DNA of 64,000 nucleotides from positions 10,230,001-10,294,000 of the forward strand of contig OZ024761.1 in the NCBI GenBank assembly GCA_964016885.1, read 5' to 3'. Source of the stretch: Eledone cirrhosa. Lineage: Eukaryota. The notes beneath the pieces are model-generated. The model saw only the letters and a list, made by a program, of their open reading frames with translations, did not search any database and was not told where the DNA came from. Position 1 is the first letter of the stretch; the number at the start of each line of letters is the position of its first letter. A program made the translations under genes and the position numbers. Positions 1 to 13,700 of this stretch are shown here, piece after piece.

Positions 1-1299
1 CACTCTCTTTAAATACTTCCAACGAGAGTCACTCTCTTTAAATACTCCCAACGTGAGCCACTCTCTTTAAATACTCCCAACAAGAGCCACTCTCTTTAAA
101 TACTCCCAACGAGAGCTACTCTCTTTAAATACTCCCAACGAGAGCCACTCTCTTTAAATACTCCCAACAAGAGCCACTCTCTTTAAATACTCCCAACGAG
201 AGCCACTCTCTTTAAATACTCCCAGCGAGAGCCACTCTCTTTAAATACTCCCAACGAGAGCCACTCTCTTTAAATATTTCCAACGAGAGCCACTCTCTTT
301 AAATACTCCCAACAAGAGCCACTCTCTTTAAATACTCTCAACGAGAGCCACTCTCTTTAATTACTCCCAACAAGAGCCACTCTCTTTAAATACTCCCAAC
401 GAGAGCCACTCTCTTTAAATACTCCCAACAAGAGCCACTCTCTTTAAATACTCCCAACGAGAGCCACTCTCTTTAAATACTCCCAACGAGAGCCACTCTC
501 TTTAAATACTCCCAACAAGAGCCACTCTCTTTAAATACTCCCAACGAGAGCCACTCTCTTTAAATACTCCCAACGAGAGCCACTCTCTTTAAATACTCCC
601 AACAAGAGCCACTCTCTTTAAATACTCCCAACGAGAGCCAGTCTCTTTAAATACTCTCAACAAGAGCCACTCTCTTTAAATACTCCCAACAAGAGCCACT
701 CTCTTTAAATACTCTCAACAAGAGCCACTCTCTTTAAATACTCTCAACAAGAGCCACTCTCTTTAAATACTCTCAACAAGAGCCACTCTCTTTAAATACT
801 CCCAACAAGAGCCACTCTCTTTAAATACTCTCAACAAGAGCCACTCTCTTTAAATATTTCCAACGAGAGCCACTCTCTTTAAATACTCCCAACGAGAGCC
901 ACTCTCTTTAAATACTCTCAACAAGAGCCACTCTCTTTAAATACTCCCAACGAGAGCCACTCTCTTTAAATACTCTCAACAAGAACCACTCTCTTTAAAT
1001 ACTCCCAAGAGCCACTCTCTTTAAATACTCCCAACGAGAGCCACTCTCTTTAAATACTCTCAACAAGAACCACTCTCTTTAAATACTTCCAACGAGAGCC
1101 ACTCTCTTTAAATACTCCCAACGAGAGCCACTCTCTTTAAATACTCCCAACAAGAGCCACTCTCTTTAAATACTCCCAACAAGAGCCACTCTCTTTAAAT
1201 ACTCCCAACGAGAGCCACTCTCTTTAAATACTCCCAACGACAGGCACTCTCTTTAAATACTCCCAACAAGAGCCACTCTCTTTAAATACTCTCAACAAG

Positions 1300-4200
1300 A
1301 ACCACTCTCTTTAAATACTTCCAACGAGAGTCACTCTCTTTAAATACTCCCAACGAGAGCCACTCTCTTTAAATACTCCCAACAAGAGCCACTCTCTTTA
1401 AATACTCCCAACGAGCCACTCTCTTTAAATACTCTCAACAAGAACCACTCTCTTTAAATACTTCCAACGAGAGTCACTCTCTTTAAATACTCCCAACGAG
1501 AGCCACTCTCTTTAAATACTCCCAACAAGAGCCACTCTCTTTAAATACTCCCAACGAGAGCTACTCTCTTTAAATACTCCCAACGAGAGCCACTCTCTTT
1601 AAATACTCCCAACAAGAGCCACTCTCTTTAAATACTCCCAACGAGAGCCACTCTCTTTAAATACTCCCAGCGAGAGCCACTCTCTTTAAATACTCCCAAC
1701 GAGAGCCACTCTCTTTAAATATTTCCAACGAGAGCCACTCTCTTTAAATACTCCCAACAAGAGCCACTCTCTTTAAATACTCTCAACGAGAGCCACTCTC
1801 TTTAATTACTCCCAACAAGAGCCACTCTCTTTAAATACTCCCAACGAGAGCCACTCTCTTTAAATACTCCCAACAAGAGCCACTCTCTTTAAATACTCCC
1901 AACGAGAGCCACTCTCTTTAAATACTCCCAACGAGAGCCACTCTCTTTAAATACTCCCAACAAGAGCCACTCTCTTTAAATACTCCCAACGAGAGCCACT
2001 CTCTTTAAATACTCCCAACGAGAGCCACTCTCTTTAAATACTCCCAACAAGAGCCACTCTCTTTAAATACTCCCAACGAGAGCCACTCTCTTTAAATACT
2101 CTCAACAAGAGCCACTCTCTTTAAGTACTCCCAACAAGAGCCACTCTCTTTAAATACTCTCAACAAGAGCCACTCTCTTTAAATACTCTCAACAAGAGCC
2201 ACTCTCTTTAAATACTCTCAACAAGAGCCACTCTCTTTAAATACTCCCAACAAGAGCCACTCTCTTTAAATACTCTCAACAAGAGCCACTCTCTTTAAAT
2301 ATTTCCAACGAGAGCCACTCTCTTTAAATACTCCCAACGAGAGCCACTCTCTTTAAATACTCTCAACAAGAGCCACTCTCTTTAAATACTCCCAACGAGA
2401 GCCACTCTCTTTAAATACTCTCAACGAGAGTCACTCTCTTTAAATACTCTCAACAAGAGCCACTCTCTTTAAATACTCCCAACAAGAGCCACTCTCTTTA
2501 AATACTCCCAACAAGAGCCACTCTCTTTAAATACTCTCAACAAGAACAACTCTCTTTAAATACTTCCAACGAGAGTCACTCTCTTTAAATACTCTCAACA
2601 AGAGCCACTCTCTTTAAATACTCCCAACAAGAGCCACTCTCTTTAAATACTCCCAACAAGAGCCACTCTCTTTAAATACTCTCAACAAGAACAACTCTCT
2701 TTAAATACTTCCAACGAGAGCCACTCTCTTTAAATACTCCCAACGAGAGCCACTCTCTTTAAATACTCCCAACAAGAGCCACTCTCTTTAAATACTCCCA
2801 ACAAGAGCCACTCTCTTTAAATACTCCCAACGAGAGCCACTCTCTTTAAATACTCCCAACGACAGGCACTTTCTTTAAATACTCCCAACAAGAGCCACTC
2901 TCTTTAAATACTCTCAACAAGAACCACTCTCTTTAAATACTTCCAACGAGAGTCACTCTCTTTAAATACTCCCAACGAGAGCCACTCTCTTTAAATACTC
3001 CCAACAAGAGCCACTCTCTTTAAATACTCCCAACGAGCCACTCTCTTTAAATACTCTCAACAAGAACCACTCTCTTTAAATACTTCCAACGAGAGTCACT
3101 CTCTTTAAATACTCCCAACGTGAGCCACTCTCTTTAAATACTCCCAACAAGAGCCACTCTCTTTAAATACTCCCAATGAGAGCTACTCTCTTTAAATACT
3201 CCCAACGAGAGCCACTCTCTTTAAATACTCCCAACAAGAGCCACTCTCTTTAAATACTCCCAACGAGAGCCACTCTCTTTAAATACTCCCAGCGAGAGCC
3301 ACTCTCTTTAAATACTCCCAACGAGAGCCACTCTCTTTAAATATTTCCAACGAGAGCCACTCTCTTTAAATACTCCCAACAAGAGCCACTCTCTTTAAAT
3401 ACTCTCAACGAGAGCCACTCTCTTTAATTACTCCCAACAAGAGCCACTCTCTTTAAATACTCCCAACGAGAGCCACTCTCTTTAAATACTCCCAACAAGA
3501 GCCACTCTCTTTAAATACTCCCAACGAGAGCCACTCTCTTTAAATACTCCCAACGAGAGTCACTTTCTTTAAATACTCCCAACAAGAGCCACTCTCTTTA
3601 AATACTCCCAACGAGAGCCACTCTCTTTAAATACTCCCAACGAGAGCCACTCTCTTTAAATACTCCCAACAAGAGCCACTCTCTTTAAATACTCCCAACG
3701 AGAGCCAGTCTCTTTAAATACTCTCAACAAGAGCCACTCTCTTTAAATACTCCCAACAAGAGCCACTCTCTTTAAATACTCTCAACAAGAGCCACTCTCT
3801 TTAAATACTCTCAACAAGAGCCACTCTCTTTAAATACTCTCAACAAGAGCCACTCTCTTTAAATACTCCCAACAAGAGCCACTCTCTTTAAATACTCTCA
3901 ACAAGAGCCACTCTCTTTAAATATTTCCAACGAGAGCCACTCTCTTTAAATACTCCCAACGAGAGCCACTCTCTTTAAATACTCTCAACAAGAGCCACTC
4001 TCTTTAAATACTCCCAACGAGAGCCACTCTCTTTAAATACTCTCAACGAGAGTCACTCTCTTTAAATACTCTCAACAAGAGCCACTCTCTTTAAATACTC
4101 CCAACAAGAGCCACTCTCTTTAAATACTCCCAACAAGAGCCACTCTCTTTAAATACTCTCAACAAGAACAACTCTCTTTAAATACTTCCAACGAGAGTCA

Positions 4201-7200
4201 CTCTCTTTAAATACTCCCAACGAGAGCCACTCTCTTTAAATACTCTCAACGAGAAGCACTCTCCTTAAATACTCCCAACGAGAGCCACTCTTTAAATACT
4301 CCCAACGAGAGCCACTCTCTTTAAATACTCCCAACAAGAGCCACTCTCTTTAAATACTCCCAACGAGAGCCACTCTCTTTAAATACTCCCAGCGAGAGCC
4401 ACTCTCTTTAAATACTCCCAACGAGAGCCACTCTCTTTAAATATTTCCAACGAGAGCCACTCTCTTTAAATACTCCCAACAAGAGCCACTCTCTTTAAAT
4501 ACTCCCAACAAGAGCCACTCTCTTTAAATACTCTCAACGAGAAGGACTCTCCTTAAATACTCCCAACGAGAGCCACTCTCTTTAAATACTCCCAACGAGA
4601 GCCACTCTCTTTAAATACTCCCAACAAGAGCCACTCTCTTTAAATACTCCCAACGAGAGCCACTCTCTTTAAATACTCCCAGCGAGAGCCACTCTCTTTA
4701 AATACTCCCAACGAGAGCCACTCTCTTTAAATATTTCCAACGAGAGCCACTCTCTTTAAATACTCCCAACAAGAGCCACTCTCTTTAAATACTCCCAACA
4801 AGAGCCACTCTCTATAAATACTCTCAACAAGAACCACTCTCTTTAAATACTTCCAACGAGAGTCACTCTCATTAAATACTCCCAACGAGAGCCACTCTCT
4901 TTAAATACTCCCAACAAGAGCCACTCTCTTTAAATACTCCCAACAAGAGCCACTCTCTTTAAATACTCTCAACAAGAACCACTCTCTTTAAATACTTCCA
5001 ACGAGAGTCACTCTCTTTAAATACTCCCAACGAGAGCCACTCTCTTTAAATACTCCCAACAAGAGCCACTCTCTTTAAATACTCCCAACGAGAGCCACTC
5101 TTTAATTACTCCCAACGAGAGCCACTCTCTTTAAATACTCCCAACAAGAGCCACTCTCTTTAAATACTCCCAACGAGAGCCACTCTCTTTAAATACTCCC
5201 AGCGAGAGCCACTCTCTTTAAATACTCCCAACGAGAGCCACTCTCTTTAAATATTTCCAACGAGAGCCACTCTCTTTAAATACTCCCAACAAGAGCCACT
5301 CTCTTTAAATACTCTCAACGAGAGCCACTCTCTTTAATTACTCCCAACAAGAGCCACTCTCTTTAAATACTCCCAACGAGAGCCACTCTCTTTAAATACT
5401 CCCAGCGAGAGCCACTCTCTTTAAATACTCCCAACGAGAGCCACTCTCTTTAAATACTCCCAACGAGAGCCACTCTCTTTAAATACTCTCAACAAGAACC
5501 ACTCTCATTAAATACTTCCAACGAGAGCCACTCTCTTTAAATACTCCCAACGAGAGCCACTCTCTTTAAATACTCCCAACAAGAGCCACTCTCTTTAAAT
5601 ACTCCCAACGAGAGCCACTCTATTTAAATACTCTCAACGAGAGCCACTCTCTTTAAATACTCCCAACGAGAGCCACTCTCTTTAAATACTCCCAACAAGA
5701 GCCACTCTCTTTAAATACTCTCAACAAGAACCACTCTCTTTAAATACTTCCAACGAGAGTCACTCTCTTTAAATACTCCCAACGAGAGCCACTCTCTTTA
5801 AATACTCCCAACAAGAGCCACTCTCTTTAAATACTCCCAACGAGCCACTCTCTTTAAATACTCTCAACAAGAACCACTCTCTTTAAATACTTCCAACGAG
5901 AGTCACTCTCTTTAAATACTCCCAACGAGAGCCACTCTCTTTAAATACTCCCAACAAGAGCCACTCTCTTTAAATACTCCCAACGAGAGCTACTCTCTTT
6001 AAATACTCCCAACGAGAGCCACTCTCTTTAAATACTCCCAACAAGAGCCACTCTCTTTAAATACTCCCAACGAGAGCCACTCTCTTTAAATACTCCCAGC
6101 GAGAGCCACTCTCTTTAAATACTCCCAACGAGAGCCACTCTCTTTAAATATTTCCAACGAGAGCCACTCTCTTTAAATACTCCCAACAAGAGCCACTCTC
6201 TTTAAATACTCTCAACGAGAGCCACTCTCTTTAATTACTCCCAACAAGAGCCACTCTCTTTAAATACTCCCAACGAGAGCCACTCTCTTTAAATACTCCC
6301 AACGAGAGCCACTCTCTTTAAATACTCCCAACAAGAGCCACTCTCTTTAAATACTCCCAACGAGAGCCACTCTCTTTAAATACTCCCAACGAGAGCCACT
6401 CTCTTTAAATACTCCCAACAAGAGCCACTCTCTTTAAATACTCCCAACGAGAGCCACTCTCTTTAAATACTCCCAACGAGAGCCACTCTCTTTAAATACT
6501 CCCAACAAGAGCCACTCTCTTTAAATACTCCCAACGAGAGCCACTCTCTTTAAATACTCTCAACAAGAGCCACTCTCTTTAAGTACTCCCAACAAGAGCC
6601 ACTCTCTTTAAATACTCTCAACAAGAGCCACTCTCTTTAAATACTCTCAACAAGAGCCACTCTCTTTAAATACTCTCAACAAGAGCCACTCTCTTTAAAT
6701 ACTCCCAACAAGAGCCACTCTCTTTAAATACTCTCAACAAGAGCCACTCTCTTTAAATATTTCCAACGAGAGCCACTCTCTTTAAATACTCCCAACGAGA
6801 GCCACTCTCTTTAAATACTCTCAACAAGAGCCACTCTCTTTAAATACTCCCAACGAGAGCCACTCTCTTTAAATACTCTCAACGAGAGTCACTCTCTTTA
6901 AATACTCTCAACAAGAGCCACTCTCTTTAAATACTCCCAACAAGAGCCACTCTCTTTAAATACTCCCAACAAGAGCCACTCTCTTTAAATACTCTCAACA
7001 AGAACAACTCTCTTTAAATACTTCCAACGAGAGTCACTCTCTTTAAATACTCTCAACAAGAGCCACTCTCTTTAAATACTCCCAACAAGAGCCACTCTCT
7101 TTAAATACTCCCAACAAGAGCCACTCTCTTTAAATACTCTCAACAAGAACAACTCTCTTTAAATACTTCCAACGAGAGCCACTCTCTTTAAATACTCCCA

Positions 7201-10200
7201 ACGAGAGCCACTCTCTTTAAATACTCCCAACAAGAGCCACTCTCTTTAAATACTCCCAACAAGAGCCACTCTCTTTAAATACTCCCAACGAGAGCCACTC
7301 TCTTTAAATACTCCCAACGACAGGCACTCTCTTTAAATACTCCCAACAAGAGCCACTCTCTTTAAATACTCTCAACAAGAACCACTCTCTTTAAATACTT
7401 CCAACGAGAGTCACTCTCTTTAAATACTCCCAACGAGAGCCACTCTCTTTAAATACTCCCAACAAGAGCCACTCTCTTTAAATACTCCCAACGAGCCACT
7501 CTCTTTAAATACTCTCAACAAGAACCACTCTCTTTAAATACTTCCAACGAGAGTCACTCTCTTTAAATACTCCCAACGTGAGCCACTCTCTTTAAATACT
7601 CCCAACAAGAGCCACTCTCTTTAAATACTCCCAACGAGAGCTACTCTCTTTAAATACTCCCAACGAGAGCCACTCTCTTTAAATACTCCCAACAAGAGCC
7701 ACTCTCTTTAAATACTCCCAACGAGAGCCACTCTCTTTAAATACTCCCAGCGAGAGCCACTCTCTTTAAATACTCCCAACGAGAGCCACTCTCTTTAAAT
7801 ATTTCCAACGAGAGCCACTCTCTTTAAATACTCCCAACAAGAGCCACTCTCTTTAAATACTCTCAACGAGAGCCACTCTCTTTAATTACTCCCAACAAGA
7901 GCCACTCTCTTTAAATACTCCCAACGAGAGCCACTCTCTTTAAATACTGCCAACAAGAGCCACTCTCTTTAAATACTCCCAACGAGAGCCACTCTCTTTA
8001 AATACTCCCAACGAGAGCCACTTTCTTTAAATACTCCCAACAAGAGCCACTCTCTTTAAATACTCCCAACGAGAGCCACTCTCTTTAAATACTCCCAACG
8101 AGAGCCACTCTCTTTAAATACTCCCAACAAGAGCCACTCTCTTTAAATACTCCCAACGAGAGCCAGTCTCTTTAAATACTCTCAACAAGAGCCACTCTCT
8201 TTAAATACTCCCAACAAGAGCCACTCTCTTTAAATACTCTCAACAAGAGCCACTCTCTTTAAATACTCTCAACAAGAGCCACTCTCTTTAAATACTCTCA
8301 ACAAGAGCCACTCTCTTTAAATACTCCCAACAAGAGCCACTCTCTTTAAATACTCTCAACAAGAGCCACTCTCTTTAAATATTTCCAACGAGAGCCACTC
8401 TCTTTAAATACTCCCAACGAGAGCCACTCTCTTTAAATACTCTCAACAAGAGCCACTCTCTTTAAATACTCCCAACGAGAGCCACTCTCTTTAAATACTC
8501 TCAACGAGAGTCACTCTCTTTAAATACTCTCAACAAGAGCCACTCTCTTTAAATACTCCCAACAAGAGCCACTCTCTTTAAATACTCCCAACAAGAGCCA
8601 CTCTCTTTAAATACTCTCAACAAGAACAACTCTCTTTAAATACTTCCAACGAGAGTCACTCTCTTTAAATACTCCCAACGAGAGCCACTCTCTTTAAATA
8701 CTCTCAACGAGAAGCACTCTCCTTAAATACTCCCAACGAGAGCCACTCTTTAAATACTCCCAACGAGAGCCACTCTCTTTAAATACTCCCAACAAGAGCC
8801 ACTCTCTTTAAATACTCCCAACGAGAGCCACTCTCTTTAAATACTCCCAGCGAGAGCCACTCTCTTTAAATACTCCCAACGAGAGCCACTCTCTTTAAAT
8901 ATTTCCAACGAGAGCCACTCTCTTTAAATACTCCCAACAAGAGCCACTCTCTTTAAATACTCCCAACAAGAGCCACTCTCTTTAAATACTCTCAACGAGA
9001 AGGACTCTCCTTAAATACTCCCAACGAGAGCCACTCTCTTTAAATACTCCCAACGAGAGCCACTCTCTTTAAATACTCCCAACAAGAGCCACTCTCTTTA
9101 AATACTCCCAACGAGAGCCACTCTCTTTAAATACTCCCAGCGAGAGCCACTCTCTTTAAATACTCCCAACGAGAGCCACTCTCTTTAAATATTTCCAACG
9201 AGAGCCACTCTCTTTAAATACTCCCAACAAGAGCCACTCTCTTTAAATACTCCCAACAAGAGCCACTCTCTATAAATACTCTCAACAAGAACCACTCTCT
9301 TTAAATACTTCCAACGAGAGTCACTCTCATTAAATACTCCCAACGAGAGCCACTCTCTTTAAATACTCCCAACAAGAGCCACTCTCTTTAAATACTCCCA
9401 ACAAGAGCCACTCTCTTTAAATACTCTCAACAAGAACCACTCTCTTTAAATACTTCCAACGAGAGTCACTCTCTTTAAATACTCCCAACGAGAGCCACTC
9501 TCTTTAAATACTCCCAACAAGAGCCACTCTCTTTAAATACTCCCAACGAGAGCCACTCTTTAATTACTCCCAACGAGAGCCACTCTCTTTAAATACTCCC
9601 AACAAGAGCCACTCTCTTTAAATACTCCCAACGAGAGCCACTCTCTTTAAATACTCCCAGCGAGAGCCACTCTCTTTAAATACTCCCAACGAGAGCCACT
9701 CTCTTTAAATATTTCCAACGAGAGCCACTCTCTTTAAATACTCCCAACAAGAGCCACTCTCTTTAAATACTCTCAACGAGAGCCACTCTCTTTAATTACT
9801 CCCAACAAGAGCCACTCTCTTTAAATACTCCCAACGAGAGCCACTCTCTTTAAATACTCCCAGCGAGAGCCACTCTCTTTAAATACTCCCAACGAGAGCC
9901 ACTCTCTTTAAATACTCCCAACGAGAGCCACTCTCTTTAAATACTCTCAACAAGAACCACTCTCATTAAATACTTCCAACGAGAGCCACTCTCTTTAAAT
10001 ACTCCCAACGAGAGCCACTCTCTTTAAATACTCCCAACAAGAGCCACTCTCTTTAAATACTCCCAACGAGAGCCACTCTATTTAAATACTCTCAACGAGA
10101 GCCACTCTCTTTAAATACTCCCAACGAGAGCCACTCTCTTTAAATACTCCCAACAAGAGCCACTCTCTTTAAATACTCTCAACAAGAACCACTCTCTTTA

Positions 10201-10750
10201 AATACTTCCAACGAGAGTCACTCTCTTTAAATACTCCCAACGAGAGCCACTCTCTTTAAATACTCCCAACAAGAGCCACTCTCTTTAAATACTCCCAACG
10301 AGCCACTCTCTTTAAATACTCTCAACAAGAACCACTCTCTTTAAATACTTCCAACGAGAGTCACTCTCTTTAAATACTCCCAACGAGAGCCACTCTCTTT
10401 AAATACTCCCAACAAGAGCCACTCTCTTTAAATACTCCCAACGAGAGCTACTCTCTTTAAATACTCCCAACGAGAGCCACTCTCTTTAAATACTCCCAAC
10501 AAGAGCCACTCTCTTTAAATACTCCCAACGAGAGCCACTCTCTTTAAATACTCCCAGCGAGAGCCACTCTCTTTAAATACTCCCAACGAGAGCCACTCTC
10601 TTTAAATATTTCCAACGAGAGCCACTCTCTTTAAATACTCCCAACAAGAGCCACTCTCTTTAAATACTCTCAACGAGAGCCACTCTCTTTAATTACTCCC
10701 AACAAGAGCCACTCTCTTTAAATACTCCCAACGAGAGCCACTCTCTTTAA
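1300..10750. repeat. About 4.46-kb higher-order tandem repeat within the satellite (boundaries approximate)
   Basis: Rare variants recur at a 4458-bp offset: AAGTACT 2123/6581, CAGGC 2863/7321, GAAGGACTCTCC 4541/8999, and the 2-bp deletion ACGAGCC 5840/10298. Confidence 0.85.
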
Positions 10751-13700
10751 ATACTCCCAACAAGAGCCACTCTCTTTAAATACTCCCAAACGAGAGCCAC
10801 TCTCTTTAAATACTCCCAACGAGAGCCACTCTCTTTAAATACTCCCAACAAGAGCCACTCTCTTTAAATACTCCCAACGAGAGCCACTCTCTTTAAATAC
10901 TCCCAACGAGAGCCACTCTCTTTAAATACTCCCAACAAGAGCCATTCTCTTTAAATACTCCCAACGAGAGCCACTCTCTTTAAATACTCTCAACAAGAGC
11001 CACTCTCTTTAAACACTCCCAACAAGAGCCACTCTCTTTAAATACTCTCAACAAGAGCCACTCTCTTTAAATACTCTCAACAAGAGCCACTCTCTTTAAA
11101 TACTCTCAACAAGAGCCACTCTTTAAATACTCCCAACAAGAGCCACTCTCTTTAAATACTCTCAACAAGAGCCACTCTCTTTAAATATTTCCAACGAGAG
11201 CCACTCTCTTTAAATACTCCCAACGAGAGCCACTCTCTTTAAATACTCTCAACAAGAGCCACTCTCTTTAAATACTCCCAACGAGAGCCACTCTCTTTAA
11301 ATACTCTCAACGAGAGTCACTCTCTTTAAATACTCTCAACAAGAGCCACTCTCTTTAAATATTCCCAACAAGAGCCACTCTCTTTAAATACTCCCAACAA
11401 GAGCCACTCTCTTTAAATACTCTCAACAAGAACAACTCTCTTTAAATACTTCCAACGAGAGTCACTCTCTTTAAATACTCCCAACGAGAGCCACTCTCTT
11501 TAAATACTCTCAACGAGAAGCACTCTCCTTAAATACTCCCAACGAGAGCCACTCTCTTTAAATACTCCCAACGAGAGCCACTCTCTTTAAATACTCCCAA
11601 CGAGAGCCACTCTCTTTAAATACTCCCAACGAGAGCCACTCTCTTTAAATACTCCCAACGAGAGCCACTCTCTTTAAATACTCCCAACGAGAGCCACTCT
11701 CTTTAAATACTCCCAACGGACGAGAGCCACTCTCTTTAAATACTCCCAACGAGAGCCACTCTCTTTAAATACTCTCAACAAGAGCCACTCTCTTTAAATA
11801 CTCCCAACAAGAGTCACTCTCTTTAAATACTCCCAACAAGAGCCACTCTCTTTAAATACTCCCAACGAGAGCCACTCTCTTTAAATACTCTCAACCAGAG
11901 CCACTCTATTTAAATACTCCCAACGAGAGCCACTCTCTTTAAATACTCCCAACAAGAGCCACTCTCTTTAAATACTCCCAACAAGAGCCTCTCTCTTTAA
12001 ATACTCTCAACAAGAACCACTCTCTTTAAATACTTCCAACGAGAGTAACTCTCTTTAAATACTCCCAACGAGAGCCACTCTCTTTAAATACTCCCAACAA
12101 GAGCCACTCTCTTTAAATACTCCCAACGAGAGCCACTCTCTTTAAATACTCCCAACGAGAGCCACTCTCTTTAAATACTCCCAACAAGAGCCACTCTCTT
12201 TAAATACTCCCAACGAGAGCCACTCTCTTTAAATACTCCCAGCGAGAGCCACTCTCTTTAAATACTCCCAACGAGAGCCACTCTCTTTAAATATTTCCAA
12301 CGAGAGCCACTCTCTTTAAATACTCCCAACAAGAGCCACTCTCTTTAAATACTCTCAACGAGAGCCACTCTCTTTAATTACTCCCAACAAGAGCCACTCT
12401 CTTTAAATACTCTCAACGAGAGCCACTCTCTTTAAATACTCCCAACAAGAGCCACTCTCTTTAAATACTCCCAACGAGAGCCACTCTCTTTAAATACTCC
12501 CAACGAGAGCCACTCTCTTTAAATACTCCCAACAAGAGCCACTCTCTTTAAATACTCCCAACGAGAGCCACTCTCTTTAAATACTCCCAACGAGAGCCAC
12601 TCTCTTTAAATACTCCCAACAAGAGCCACTCTCTTTAAATACTCCCAACAACAGCCACTCTCTTTAAATATTTCCAACGAGAGCCACTCTCTTTAAATAC
12701 TCCCAACGAGAGCCACTCTCTTTAAATACTCTCAACAAGAGCCACTCTCGTTAAATACTCCCAACGAGAGCCACTCTCTTTAAATACTCAACGAGAGTCA
12801 CTCTCTTTAAATACTCTCAACAAGAGCCACTCTCTTTAAATACTCCCAACAAGAGCCACTCTCTTTAAATACTCCCAACAAGAGCCACTCTCTTTAAATA
12901 CTCTCAACAAGAACCACTCTCTTTAAATACTCCCAACGAGAGCCACTCTCTTTAAATACTCCCAACGAGAGCCACTCTCTTTAAATACTCCCAACGAGAG
13001 CCACTCTCTTTAAATACTCCCAACGAGAGCCACTCTCTTTAAATACTCCCAACGAGAGCCACTCTCTTTAAATACTTCCAACGAGAGCCACTCTCTTTAA
13101 ATACTCTCAACAAGAGCCACTCTCTTTAAATACTCCCAACAAGAGCCACTCTCTTTAAATACTCCCAACGAGAGCCACTCTCTTTAAATACTCTCAACGA
13201 GAGCCACTCTCTTTAAATACTCTCAACAAGAGCCACTCTCTTTAAATACTCCCAACAAGAGCCACTCTCTTTAAATACTCCCAACAAGAGCCACTCTCTT
13301 TAAATACTCTCAACAAGAGCCACTCTCTTTAAATACTCCCAACAAGAGCCACTCTCTTTAAATACTCTCAACAAGAGCCACTCTCTTTAAATATTTCCAA
13401 CGAGAGCCACTCTCTTTAAATACTCCCAACGAGAGCCACTCTCTTTAAATACTCTCAACAAGAGCCACTCTCTTTAAATACTCCCAACGAGAGCCACTCT
13501 CTTTAAATACTCTCAACGAGAGTCACTCTCTTTAAATACTCTCAACAAGAGCCACTCTCTTTAAATACTCCCAACAAGAGCCACTCTCTTTAAATACTCC
13601 CAACAAGAGCCACTCTCTTTAAATACTCTCAACAAGAACAACTCTCTTTAAATACTTCCAACGAGAGTCACTCTCTTTAAATACTCCCAACGAGAGCCAC

